This document shows positions 45,938-54,966 of a stretch of DNA of 64,000 nucleotides, one piece after another. The stretch's first letter is position 1; each line of letters begins with the position of its first letter. This DNA is from Candidatus Levyibacteriota bacterium. GTDB taxonomy: Bacteria > Patescibacteriota > Microgenomatia > Levybacterales > UBA12049. Location of the stretch: assembly GCA_963716145.1 (NCBI GenBank), contig OY970292.1:469171-533170 (forward strand), in the 5' to 3' direction. The notes beneath the pieces were generated by a model. That model made no database searches. It had not been told where the DNA came from and saw nothing but the letters and a program-made list of their open reading frames with translations. A program made the translations under genes and the position numbers.

Positions 45938-48181
45938 TTAGATTATACAGGAGCTGTCAAGTTCTTGTGTGAAATTGGCTATTGCTAAATGATTAACGAG
46001 TGGTACTACTGCTTCCTCCTGATGATCCTCCTGAGCTCCCCCCGCTTGATCCACCGCTAGAACCTCCACTACTACCTCCGGATGAACCACCCGATGAGCC
46101 ACCAGAACTACCACCGGAGGATCCACCGCTAGAACCACCTGAACTTCCACCACTGGAGCCTCCACTGCTTCCGCCTGAGCTGCCTCCACTAGAACCACCG
46201 GAAGACCCGCCTGAGATCCCCCGGAACTCCCTCCTGATCCTCCACCGGGGAGGTTAATGTTTTGAAAACCACCAGGTAAGCTCGAGGGAACAAGATTCTG
46301 GATGTTTGAAGGTATTGCCACGTTGGGTTGTTGAATGTTTGGCTGATTAGGTGTACCTGTTGGCAAACCTGTCTGGTTTGAGCCCGGACAGGGAATAGCA
46401 GGTGGAGTTCCCCGGCCAATTAACTGGAACAACTTACCGATAAAGTCCATAATCAACTGCCAGAATCCTCCCAAGAGCCCCCCACCAGTATTACCGGTAC
46501 ATGGAGGTGTATTCGTTGGGTTTGGATTGGCCGAAGGACTTGCGCTGGGCGCTATATCAGTAACTGATGGGTTAGGCTGGCCTGTCACAGTCGGATTCGG
46601 GCTGGCACCTTGAGTTAAGGTTGGATTGCAGATGCTATCAGGGGAACCTGCACAAACAAAAGTAGGAGCCGGACCAGTCGGACTTGGGGATGCTGTAGGA
46701 GAATCTGTAATAGTTGGGGTAGTTGTAGGAGTAATAGTCGGAGTGATAGTTGCGCTTTGTGAGGCAACTGCTGCTCCCGCATTTACGCGCCCTTTCTGCC
46801 AGTAAGTTCCTGTTCCCGTTATTTGATCGGCGGTCGCGTATAACCTGTCGACAACTACCTGATTTGACGTGTTATAAGGAGGCGTTGACCAGATAAGAGC
46901 AACAATTCCTGCCACCATTGGCGCTGCCATAGATGTTCCGGACAAGTAACCGTAGTTTGTTACGCCGATTTGATTTTGATGTGTGGGCAGAGTTGAAGCT
47001 ATATCTTTGCCGGGCGCCGCTACGGTTACCCATGATCCATGTTCTGAAAATGCTGTTTTCTGATCTTTATTATCAGTTGCTGCTACAGAAACAACATGCG
47101 GATATCCTGCAGGGTATTCAACTGGATTCTGCGTACTACAATTATTATCCAAATAGTTGGAGCCTCCGCAATTACCTGCTGCCGCAACAAGGACAACTCC
47201 TTTGCCCCACGCATAGGCAACAGCATCCGCTAATACCTGAGAATTAAAATCCGGCCTTGCAAGACTCATGCTGATAACCTTTGAGTTATTATCCGCTGCC
47301 CAGTTAATCCCTTGAGATACTAGTGAAACCGAAGATCCCCCTCTGTCATCAGCAACCTTTCCAATCATCAACTGACATTCAGGACACACCCCTGCAATGC
47401 CCTGACCGTTATTGCTATTGGCCGCGATAACCCCCGCCACATGCGTTCCATGTCCATAAGCATCGTCTATTGACGAAGTAACAAATACCCGCTGTGCTGC
47501 TACTCTGCCTGCAAATTCAGGGTGATTTAGATCAAGCCCGGTATCAAGAACTGCTACCTTTATTCCCGTTCCCTTTGTGACCTCCCATGCGGCTTCTGCA
47601 TGAACATCGGCATTTGTAGTGCCTACCTGACTTTGAATCATCTGCCCCATATTCTTTAATCCATATTGCAAATTATAATTAGTGTCATTTGGAGAAACCA
47701 AAACATGGATAACTACATCCAACTCCGCGTATTTAACCAGTCCATCCTTTATCAGCTGCGCACGCACAGCTTCCTCCTGCCCAGCCGGTACTTCAACAAC
47801 TTTTACATTTATTCCTGAAATTGTTGATTTAATTCTCGCATCATATTTACTTAAACTATTGTTTATTTCTGCATCAGTTAGTCCGTCTTTAAACTTAACG
47901 TTAATTTGCCCTTGAACAAAGTCTTTCCCTGGGACAAGAGGTGGAGTGAGAGTTGGCAAATTTTGCGCCGTATTACTTTCCTGTTGCTGTTGAACACGTA
48001 GCTGCAATGTTACAAGAATTAAGAATATAAAAAAGGTTGAAAAAATAGCAGCTATAAATATAGGACTGCGGGGGTTAATCCTGCTTAATAGGGATTTAAT
48101 TTTATCAATCATTGTTTTTGGTTTTTTGTGTCTATGTTTGATAGCTATAAATAGCGTATTAGAAATCTTGAGGGTTGTCAA
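45938..48181 (-). CDS. S8 family serine peptidase (subtilisin-like) with N-terminal TM anchor, Pro/Thr-rich linker and C-terminal (GGSS)n repeat; 3' end frame uncertain
   Basis: Catalytic triad contexts VAVLDTGLDLNHPEF (Asp), HGTHVAGVIAA (His), GTSMAAPMVAG (Ser). After about aa 650 the ORF enters a perfect 12-nt repeat. The annotated frame leaves the repeat in a different frame from the (GGSS)n frame, which ends STTR-stop at 45973. Confidence 0.8.
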   Translation of the reverse strand: MTTLKISNTLFIAIKHRHKKPKTMIDKIKSLLSRINPRSPIFIAAIFSTFFIFLILVTLQLRVQQQQESNTAQNLPTLTPPLVPGKDFVQGQINVKFKDGLTDAEINNSLSKYDARIKSTISGINVKVVEVPAGQEEAVRAQLIKDGLVKYAELDVVIHVLVSPNDTNYNLQYGLKNMGQMIQSQVGTTNADVHAEAAWEVTKGTGIKVAVLDTGLDLNHPEFAGRVAAQRVFVTSSIDDAYGHGTHVAGVIAANSNNGQGIAGVCPECQLMIGKVADDRGGSSVSLVSQGINWAADNNSKVISMSLARPDFNSQVLADAVAYAWGKGVVLVAAAGNCGGSNYLDNNCSTQNPVEYPAGYPHVVSVAATDNKDQKTAFSEHGSWVTVAAPGKDIASTLPTHQNQIGVTNYGYLSGTSMAAPMVAGIVALIWSTPPYNTSNQVVVDRLYATADQITGTGTYWQKGRVNAGAAVASQSATITPTITPTTTPTITDSPTASPSPTGPAPTFVCAGSPDSICNPTLTQGASPNPTVTGQPNPSVTDIAPSASPSANPNPTNTPPCTGNTGGGLLGGFWQLIMDFIGKLFQLIGRGTPPAIPCPGSNQTGLPTGTPNQPNIQQPNVAIPSNIQNLVPSSLPGGFQNINLPGGGSGGSSGGSQAGLPVVLVEAAQAEAVEAPVVEVQVVLAVDPPVVVLVAHRVVHPEVVVEVLAVDQAGGAQEDHQEEAVVPLVNHLAIANFTQELDSSCII
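46005..46235. repeat. about 230-nt near-perfect 12-nt tandem repeat encoding (GGSS)n on the minus strand
   Basis: Minus strand reads ggtggttctagcggtggatcctccggtggtagttctggtggctca...; read directly from the sequence. The + strand ORF 46000-46257 (PPELPPLDPP...) is the antisense reading of the same repeat. Confidence 0.85.
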
Positions 48182-48199
48182 GAAAATACATGCTTTCTA

Positions 48200-48652
48200 T
48201 TACTTGACTGGTGTAACCGGTTGAGGCTGAACGGGATTGGGTGCAGTACTTGAAACTTTAACTACATAAGTTGTTGCAATTTTGTCATGAAGTCCCTGTT
48301 TTTGCTTATCCCACAAAATCATAAGGTAACCAATCCCAAAGATTAAACTTGATATTGCCTTACCGATTAACTCACGCAGGAAAAAAGTAAAATAGCTCGG
48401 TTTATTACCATTTACATCTACAACCTTTATTCCCATTACTTTTTTACCCAATGTCTGGCCGGTTCTTCCTTGAAAATATACAAAATAACCAAGATTTATG
48501 AGAAGAGATAATCCCTGTATCAACGAACTGTTTGAGTTTTTACCTTGAAGGGCAAAAGGTATTACAATTAGTACACTAACTACACCCAATAATAATCCGT
48601 CAATTAGGGAAGCCAGGAAACGAGCACCAGCGCCTGCATATTGTTGATTCAT
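48200..48652 (-). CDS. RDD family membrane protein
   Basis: RFLASLIDGLLLG ... GQTLGKKVMGIKVVD ... QGLHDKIATTYVV matches RDD (R-D-D residues in conserved positions). Confidence 0.75.
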   Translation of the reverse strand: MNQQYAGAGARFLASLIDGLLLGVVSVLIVIPFALQGKNSNSSLIQGLSLLINLGYFVYFQGRTGQTLGKKVMGIKVVDVNGNKPSYFTFFLRELIGKAISSLIFGIGYLMILWDKQKQGLHDKIATTYVVKVSSTAPNPVQPQPVTPVK

Positions 48653-48700
48653 TTAATTGCCTTTCCCTTCTGTTGACATTTCATCTATGATTAGCATACT

Positions 48701-49711
48701 ATGAGTAAAGTGGAAAAAGCAATAGAACAAAATAAGCCTGACTGGTCAATTGGCGAGCTGTATAAAAACGCCTGGGAGATTGTCAAAAATAATAAAATTC
48801 TCTGGATTTTTGGGATGGCTACGGCAGCCGGAGGCTTCTCGGGAAACTCTTCCAGATCACTTGACCAGAAAGATTTCGAGGGTCTGCAAAAGATTTTTAA
48901 CAGTACTCCCAAAGACTCATCATCCAAAGTGCTTGGAACAGCAACAAATTCTTTAACCGATACCATAAGCCTCCTTTTCTCAAACATCCCCACATCCTAC
49001 TATATAGCTATTGGGATTGAATTAATTATTTTTCTTATAATCGCGTTGATTATTTCTGTTGTTTATAAGAGCTGGGCACAGGCAGCGCTTTTGGAAGGGA
49101 TACAGTCCTCGATCAACAAAAATACCCTCTCTATCAAGGAATTATCAGAAAAAGCATTCGGCAGTGTCAAGTCAATTATATTGATTCAGCTTGTTCCACT
49201 TATACTTCTTTTGCTTACCTCAATAAGCTTAATTTTGATAATAATTTATGGAAGTTTTAATATTCCCAATAGTGCCAAAAGCTCATTACTTCTTTTCGTA
49301 CCTATTTTTTTAATAGTATTCATAACTGCAATTATTTATATCAATCTTACGATTATCTGGGCAATCAGGATAGCTGTTATAGACAAAAAACCGGCAAGAG
49401 CTGCATTGAACATAGGCTACAAGATTGCCAAAAAGAAATTCTGGGCGAGCGTCTTGCTGGGGCTTGTTAATGTGATTTCCGAAGGAATAGTCTACGCAAT
49501 AATTCTACTGCCCAGTATCGCACTAGTTGTTGGCGGTATATATGGAATCAGCAAAAACACTTACTGGAGTATTGGTATTATTACGACCGGATTTATCCTT
49601 TTTATGGTTTTCATTTTTGCGCTAAGTATATTATCAGGCGTGATAACCGCATTTAAAACAACTGTCTGGTCTCTCGCATATAATGCTATTAAAGGAAAAT
49701 ATGAAAAATAA
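48701..49711 (+). CDS. hypothetical polytopic membrane protein (336 aa)
   Basis: 6-7 predicted TM helices. No family recognised with confidence. Followed by a second RDD protein with a 29-nt overlap. Confidence 0.45.
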   Translation: MSKVEKAIEQNKPDWSIGELYKNAWEIVKNNKILWIFGMATAAGGFSGNSSRSLDQKDFEGLQKIFNSTPKDSSSKVLGTATNSLTDTISLLFSNIPTSYYIAIGIELIIFLIIALIISVVYKSWAQAALLEGIQSSINKNTLSIKELSEKAFGSVKSIILIQLVPLILLLLTSISLILIIIYGSFNIPNSAKSSLLLFVPIFLIVFITAIIYINLTIIWAIRIAVIDKKPARAALNIGYKIAKKKFWASVLLGLVNVISEGIVYAIILLPSIALVVGGIYGISKNTYWSIGIITTGFILFMVFIFALSILSGVITAFKTTVWSLAYNAIKGKYEK

Positions 49712-50333
49712 TATTCCCGCCAATTTCAAACTGCGTTTTCTTGCCAGTCTGACAGACGACTGTATTAGCATACTAATTTTTAGCCTATGTCTCTATTTCA
49801 TTTCGACTCAACCCACACTCTCTCTTGCGCTCTCCTCATTTTTGCTTTTCACCATACTGATTTTTCTTAATCCGATTGTGCTCTTTAATTCAATTCCTTT
49901 TACCCATTATTTGGGCGGTACACCCGGGAAATTACTTACTGGACTTAAAGTTACTGATGAATCGGGAAAACGGTTGACATTCAAGCGGATAATGTTCCGT
50001 CAAACCATCGGCTACAGCTTCTCAAGTCTTATTTTTGGACTCGGATTTTTCTCTATTGCAAAAGATCCAAAAAAACAAGGGTGGCATGATAAAGCAATTG
50101 GATCAACTGTATCAATAACACAAAACCTCTGGCCGCTTGCTCTCCTAACCTGCATAGTCACGTTTTCTTTTAGCGCTTACTTTGCAGGCTTAAGCTATCA
50201 TTCAGCCACAACCGGCCCATTAGCTAAGGAATCACAAACATTATGGAAACAGATAGAAGCCAGCACAAAGCAAAAAGCCAAAACAGACAAAAGCAAGCTT
50301 ATTCCCACTCCTTCGGTGAGTTACCCGAAATAA
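49683..50333 (+). CDS. RDD family membrane protein (second copy)
   Basis: RFLASLTDDCISILIF ... GGTPGKLLTGLKVTDESGKRL ... QGWHDKAIGSTV. Confidence 0.7.
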   Translation: MLLKENMKNNIPANFKLRFLASLTDDCISILIFSLCLYFISTQPTLSLALSSFLLFTILIFLNPIVLFNSIPFTHYLGGTPGKLLTGLKVTDESGKRLTFKRIMFRQTIGYSFSSLIFGLGFFSIAKDPKKQGWHDKAIGSTVSITQNLWPLALLTCIVTFSFSAYFAGLSYHSATTGPLAKESQTLWKQIEASTKQKAKTDKSKLIPTPSVSYPK

Positions 50334-50338
50334 AATTC

Positions 50339-51457
50339 TTATGTGGCGAGGCAAAAATCCGAAGCGCCTAGACTTCTGATTAAGCCTTTCATCTCCATAA
50401 GCGATAATATGCTTCCCAATTTTGAGGAATCAATTTTTGTCAGCTTTACAATTTGATCGAAATGCATATTTTCATTTTGTAAGATATCGATAATCTTCTG
50501 TTCGTCTTTCGTTGAACCTTTGATACTTTTGATACTTCCAAACCCTGATTCCTGATTCGCTTGCCCTGAGCCTGCCGAATGGGTAATTCTTAATTCCGCA
50601 AGGATCTCCTCCGCCCCGCTAATCAATTTAGCTCCTTTTGCAATTAGAGAATGCGGACCTTTGGAAAGACTGCTAGTGATCGGACCTGGAACCGCGAAAA
50701 CAGGGCGATTATTTTCAAACGCATCCGTCGCCGTATACAAAGCGCCGCTATCTGCTGCACCTTCTGTAACTATTACACCTTGTGAAAGTCCTGAAATAAT
50801 CCTATTTCTTGAAGGAAATGAGCCTTTTGAGGGTGGTTCACCTAACGGATACTCTGAAACAATTGCGCCGCCTGACTCCAGAATATTAGTGTAAATTCGC
50901 TGATTCTCACGTGGATAACAGCAATCCACTCCGCATCCCAAAACCGCAATTGTTCGGCCTTTATTTGCAATTGTTGCCTTGTGCGCCGTGGCATCAACTC
51001 CGAGTGCGAGTCCTGAAACAGTCACAAATCCATTGTTAACCAAATCAGTTGTCAGACTTTCTGTCACCTGTTTTCCGTACTCTGTAATTCTGCGTGTCCC
51101 TACAACAGCAATGGTCTTGAGGTTTTCTGCTGAATTAAAACTAAACTCCCCCTTAACATAAAGTATAAACGGCGGCTTTTTTATCTGACTCAAAAGCTTG
51201 GGGTAATCTTTATCAGTCAGAATCAAAAACGAAACTCCTACCTTTTTAAGCCTCTTTTCGTAATCGGAAATCGAAAACTTATCCCGGAAATCTATAAATT
51301 GAGGCGTTAATGCCTTACCCAGCACTTTTTCCAAAGAAGAAAGATCTGCTTTCCAGGCCTTCTCGGCAGTTCCAAACTCGTTAAGAAGTTTGACAAACTT
51401 CCCCGGCCCAATTCCTGAAAATGAGGAAAACCCCAGCCAGTAAGATTTTTCTTGCAT
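50339..51457 (-). CDS. dprA: DNA-processing protein DprA (Smf)
   Basis: VGTRRITEYGKQVTESL ... SGLALGVDATAHKATIANKGRTIAVLGCGVDCCYP..N ... GAIVSEYPLGEPPSKGSFPSRNRIISGLS is the Rossmann-like DprA core. C-terminal wHTH-like domain. Confidence 0.85.
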   Translation of the reverse strand: MQEKSYWLGFSSFSGIGPGKFVKLLNEFGTAEKAWKADLSSLEKVLGKALTPQFIDFRDKFSISDYEKRLKKVGVSFLILTDKDYPKLLSQIKKPPFILYVKGEFSFNSAENLKTIAVVGTRRITEYGKQVTESLTTDLVNNGFVTVSGLALGVDATAHKATIANKGRTIAVLGCGVDCCYPRENQRIYTNILESGGAIVSEYPLGEPPSKGSFPSRNRIISGLSQGVIVTEGAADSGALYTATDAFENNRPVFAVPGPITSSLSKGPHSLIAKGAKLISGAEEILAELRITHSAGSGQANQESGFGSIKSIKGSTKDEQKIIDILQNENMHFDQIVKLTKIDSSKLGSILSLMEMKGLIRSLGASDFCLAT

Positions 51458-51562
51458 ATTAAACCCAGCACATATTCAGAATATATTCCAATAAATACAT
51501 TTCCGAAATTAAAAATCAAACTCATTTCGACACTTTTATTAAGCGATCGCTTTTAAAAGCTG

Positions 51563-52114
51563 TCATACTTTTTCTATTCCTGAAATTTCTTTCGCCACAA
51601 CATAATTAACAAAAGGTGCTATTCCAAGCGCGTGACGAAGGAAATCAATCTCATTCTTGCACTCATGCCGGGAAACAAAAACACTTTTTTGCAGCTGCTC
51701 AAATTCAAGATCCTTTAGCTTTCTTCGAAAAATTTCGCGGGCTTGTTTTTTCGCTTCAGGAATATCAAAAATAATAATTCTCCATAACTTGTCCCATTTT
51801 TTAGCTTTTTTTATTTGAAGATTGTCGATTGAAAATTGCAGATTTTTCTTCTTACCATTTTCAGTTAAAAAAAGCCGTACTTCTCCCCCCACTTCTTTCC
51901 AAGCGACAACAGACTGTTTTTCTAGCCGTTTTATGGTTGATCCCAATACGCCCCTTCTTCGCGCCTCTTCCCATTTCTGTTTTTTGAATTCTTTATAAAT
52001 TATTCCCGCAGCGGGAAATACAAGAGCCGTGCCTATCGCTGCCCCACCTGCAAGAAGAGCTAATAGCCCTTTTGTCAAACCTCTAGACGTCACCGTCTCT
52101 CTTTTTTCTACCAT
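51563..52114 (-). CDS. membrane-anchored PaaX-like protein (wHTH wing + PaaX_C-like / Cas2-like C-terminal motif)
   Basis: N-terminal TM (GLLALLAGGAAIGTALVFPAAGII). VVAWKEVGGEVRLFLTENGKKK resembles a winged-helix wing. WDKLWRIIIFDIPEAKKQAREIFRRKLKDLEFEQLQKSVFVS follows the PaaX_C pattern W..W.L..YDIPE..R...R..L...GF..LQ.SV.VS. Confidence 0.4.
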   Translation of the reverse strand: MVEKRETVTSRGLTKGLLALLAGGAAIGTALVFPAAGIIYKEFKKQKWEEARRRGVLGSTIKRLEKQSVVAWKEVGGEVRLFLTENGKKKNLQFSIDNLQIKKAKKWDKLWRIIIFDIPEAKKQAREIFRRKLKDLEFEQLQKSVFVSRHECKNEIDFLRHALGIAPFVNYVVAKEISGIEKV

Positions 52115-52182
52115 ACATCTAATTATGGCGATCGCACATAAAAGTTGTCAATAGATGCTTTATTTTATAAGAATACCAGGAT

Positions 52183-52560
52183 GTGTCCGTAGACAACCTT
52201 GACCACAAATTGTGCTATAATTTCAAAATTATGGGTGAATTAATAAAACCAAACCCAAACAAGACAGCGTGGTCTGGATCAGAACCCACTGCGACAGCTA
52301 TGGCAGGAATGCTAAATGAGGTTGGGGCAGGCCCTACAGGAAAAAAAGTTGGAACAAATATGACTTGCTACACAGATGCTTTGGGACATACCACAGTTAT
52401 AAATCCCACTGTTGTCTTAGATGTATTTTCATTATCTCCTGAAGGGAAAGCATTGCGATTCGAATTGGGCGAACGCGCAACTCTGGCTTTAGCTATGGAG
52501 GAAAATCGTCAATTAATGAGAGACTCATTAAGGAGATGGCGCGCTAAGAACAATAGATAA
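52183..52560 (+). CDS. hypothetical protein (125 aa)
   Basis: Intact ORF with no recognised family. Could be spurious. Confidence 0.3.
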   Translation: MSVDNLDHKLCYNFKIMGELIKPNPNKTAWSGSEPTATAMAGMLNEVGAGPTGKKVGTNMTCYTDALGHTTVINPTVVLDVFSLSPEGKALRFELGERATLALAMEENRQLMRDSLRRWRAKNNR

Positions 52561-52579
52561 GATACATCTCGAGTAAAAC

Positions 52580-54412
52580 TTACCTTTTCGTGAAATACGC
52601 CTCCAGGATCTTCTTCGCAATTGGTGCTGCCTCATTTGACCCTTCACCGCTCTCCTCATTGAGGACTGTTACAACAATTTCAGGATTATATGCCGGTGCA
52701 AAAAGCGTGATCCATGCATGAGGCAATGTTTTCTCTCCACCATGCTGGGCAGTTCCCGTCTTGCATGCAATCTTAACTTCCCGGAGATCTTTTGCAGCAG
52801 CAGATCCGCTCGCTTGTTTTACTTCCAAAATATTTTTTCCGTCAATTCTTAATTCTGAATTCTTAATTCTGAAGTTAAAAAGCGGCCAGGCTACCCCGCC
52901 AGTTGAGCAACTCTCAATCATCCCCTGCCGGATCAAGCTAATCGTTTTTTCGTCCAGTAATTTTTGATTTCTGATTTTTGATTTCTGATTTTTGAGCAAA
53001 TGTGGTTCGTATAAAGAACCACCATTTGCGACTACCTCTGTCCATTCATTCACTTGAAGAGGTGTTGTCAGGAGAAATCCCTGTCCAATTCCATAATGAT
53101 AAGTATCTCCCAAATACCAATTCTCCCCAATTATATCTTTTTTCCATTTTTCCGTTGGGACCAGTCCTTTCGCTTCCCCACCCAAATCAATGCCTGTTTT
53201 TGCTCCCAATCCAAATTTTTCTGCCATTTCGGATAGCTTGTCAGCGCTTACTTTCTCTGCTAATTTGTAGAAAAAAATGTCGTTGGATCTAGCCAATGCC
53301 CTTACAACATTTAACTCTCCTGGTTCTGTCCTGCCGTATCCTGTATAATACCAATTGGCAAAAGAGAACTCCCCAACTTTTATAATCCCGGTATCCCTTA
53401 TCCGATAATTCTCATCAATAATTTTGTCTGCGAGTCCAGTCGATGCCGTTACTATTTTAAAGGTCGATCCTGGCGGATAAGTTCCCCCAATTGCTCGGTT
53501 AAGAAGCGGCTGGTTTTGCGAATCAGATAAAATTTCGCTTACGTTTTTGTGAGCACTATCCGAAGCCGCCCTGTAAGTCTTGTCTAGCGTAAAAAGATTG
53601 GGATCAAAAGATGGTCTTGAAATCAAAGACAAAATTTCGCCATTCGGAGTTGATACAATTACAGCCCCTTTTTTAACATTTTTTGTGGCATCAAAAGCTG
53701 CTTGCTGAAGTTTTGAGTCGATAGTTAAGGTGAGATCTTGCCCTGCAATAGAATCTGTTGTCCCCAGTGGGCGGACTTTTTTGCCCATGGCGTCGACTTC
53801 GACAAGCTGTTTGCCGTCAACTCCTTTAAGAATATGTTCATACTGCCTTTCAATTCCATTTTTACCAATCCAGTCCGTGCCGCGGTAATCGCCAAACTCA
53901 GTAGTATCAAGCTCAGATTTTGAAATCTGACCAATGTATCCCAATACGTGACTCAGACTGTCTTTGTAGACATAGTCTCTTAGCGAATCAACCTCCAGAT
54001 TCTTATCTCCTTTTGCAATCAACGGCAGGGCCTGCTCTTTCGAAAGCGGCACGGTAGTTTCTGGTTCACACTTTTGCGCTTTTTCGCTCTTGCACTCTTG
54101 CACTTTATTATTTATCTGCCTGAAACCGGGCTTATTTAGAACAAGGGGAACTCCACTGCGGTCAAATATAACCCCTCGGGGGGCATGGATGACTTGGGTT
54201 CTGATTCTATTGGAATCGGACAGAATACGATAATCAGCACCTTTAATAACCTGCAGATAAAATAACTTTGGCAGGAGAATAATTCCAACCCCCAGCAACA
54301 CAAGCGGCAGTAAAAACCCCCGCACAGCATATGCAGATGGACCATCTGAATAGCGCCTCTTTTTAATTTTCTCGGTTTTTATGTGCTCTCCAAAAGCGTA
54401 TCCGGTCTTCAT
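52580..54412 (-). CDS. mrdA: penicillin-binding protein 2 (elongasome transpeptidase)
   Basis: N-terminal TM. Dimerisation domain. Transpeptidase motifs STFKIVTASTGL (SxxK), SND-like, KTG (IACKTGTAQ). Adjacent to mreD/mreC/mreB. Carries two in-frame low-complexity blocks (NSELRIKNSE, KSKIRNQKLL). Confidence 0.85.
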   Translation of the reverse strand: MKTGYAFGEHIKTEKIKKRRYSDGPSAYAVRGFLLPLVLLGVGIILLPKLFYLQVIKGADYRILSDSNRIRTQVIHAPRGVIFDRSGVPLVLNKPGFRQINNKVQECKSEKAQKCEPETTVPLSKEQALPLIAKGDKNLEVDSLRDYVYKDSLSHVLGYIGQISKSELDTTEFGDYRGTDWIGKNGIERQYEHILKGVDGKQLVEVDAMGKKVRPLGTTDSIAGQDLTLTIDSKLQQAAFDATKNVKKGAVIVSTPNGEILSLISRPSFDPNLFTLDKTYRAASDSAHKNVSEILSDSQNQPLLNRAIGGTYPPGSTFKIVTASTGLADKIIDENYRIRDTGIIKVGEFSFANWYYTGYGRTEPGELNVVRALARSNDIFFYKLAEKVSADKLSEMAEKFGLGAKTGIDLGGEAKGLVPTEKWKKDIIGENWYLGDTYHYGIGQGFLLTTPLQVNEWTEVVANGGSLYEPHLLKNQKSKIRNQKLLDEKTISLIRQGMIESCSTGGVAWPLFNFRIKNSELRIDGKNILEVKQASGSAAAKDLREVKIACKTGTAQHGGEKTLPHAWITLFAPAYNPEIVVTVLNEESGEGSNEAAPIAKKILEAYFTKR

Positions 54413-54420
54413 AGATAATT

Positions 54421-54508
54421 TTCAGTTTTCAATTTAAAATTTGAAATGAATATCCAATGTTATAAATTTAAATTTTTAAAATTTAGGATTTAATGAAAAT
54501 TGAAAATT
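54421..54508. repeat. AT-rich palindromic word-repeat element (GAAAATTGAAAATT family) between PBP2 start and mreD stop
   Basis: aattttcagttttcaatttaaaatttgaaa ... gaaaattgaaaatttcaaattgaaaatttt forms an inverted repeat. Family members are at 23655-23748, 36291-36420, 57801-57928, 61017-61075 and 63241-63335. Confidence 0.6.
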
Positions 54509-54913
54509 TCAAATTGAAAATTTTGTGGTTTTCATAATAGCAAATAAAGATACTGCAATTATACAACTAACTCCTGCTTGCAAAAATACTCCTCCGTGCC
54601 CAAAAACCAGCAAATACACGTATGCTCCCGCAAATGAACTGACTATTATGAAGGGATACGAATGTATTTCATACTTGCGCTGATACAAAAGCACCATTAA
54701 AAAAAACAGCAATAAAAAAATGCTTGATGATCCTAAAATTCTGAGATTAAATATATCCAAAAATATACCTGCCGCAAAAGCAAGTGCAAAAATAATAGAC
54801 GTTCTTTTTGCAATACTAATACTCAGAAGAAGTACAAAACTCAGGGGGATTGAAATAACAGTTGCCTCAAAAAGAGCAGAAATAAAGAGTAAAACTAACA
54901 AAATTACGAACAT
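54509..54913 (-). CDS. mreD: rod shape-determining protein MreD (putative)
   Basis: 134-aa protein with 4-5 TM helices immediately downstream of mreC and upstream of PBP2, the canonical mreBCD-mrdA order. Confidence 0.5.
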   Translation of the reverse strand: MFVILLVLLFISALFEATVISIPLSFVLLLSISIAKRTSIIFALAFAAGIFLDIFNLRILGSSSIFLLLFFLMVLLYQRKYEIHSYPFIIVSSFAGAYVYLLVFGHGGVFLQAGVSCIIAVSLFAIMKTTKFSI

Positions 54914-54966
54914 AAACTTATAACTTATAACTTATAACTTATAACTGAGTTATCAGTTATCGGTCA

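Noticed and set aside
46000-46257. ORF 46000-46257 (+) encoding a striking PPELPPLDPPLEPP proline-rich repeat protein
   Set aside because: It is the antisense reading of the (GGSS)n 12-nt tandem repeat of the minus-strand S8 peptidase gene, so it is a repeat artefact. The same applies to the antisense ORFs in the Gly-rich region 28797-29612.
51563-52114. Cas2 (CRISPR adaptation nuclease) call for the WRIIIFDIPE...LQKSVFV protein
   Set aside because: No CRISPR repeats or other cas genes are anywhere in the window. The N-terminal TM plus wing and the W..W pattern fit the PaaX_C-like family better. It is kept as PaaX/Cas2-like fold only.
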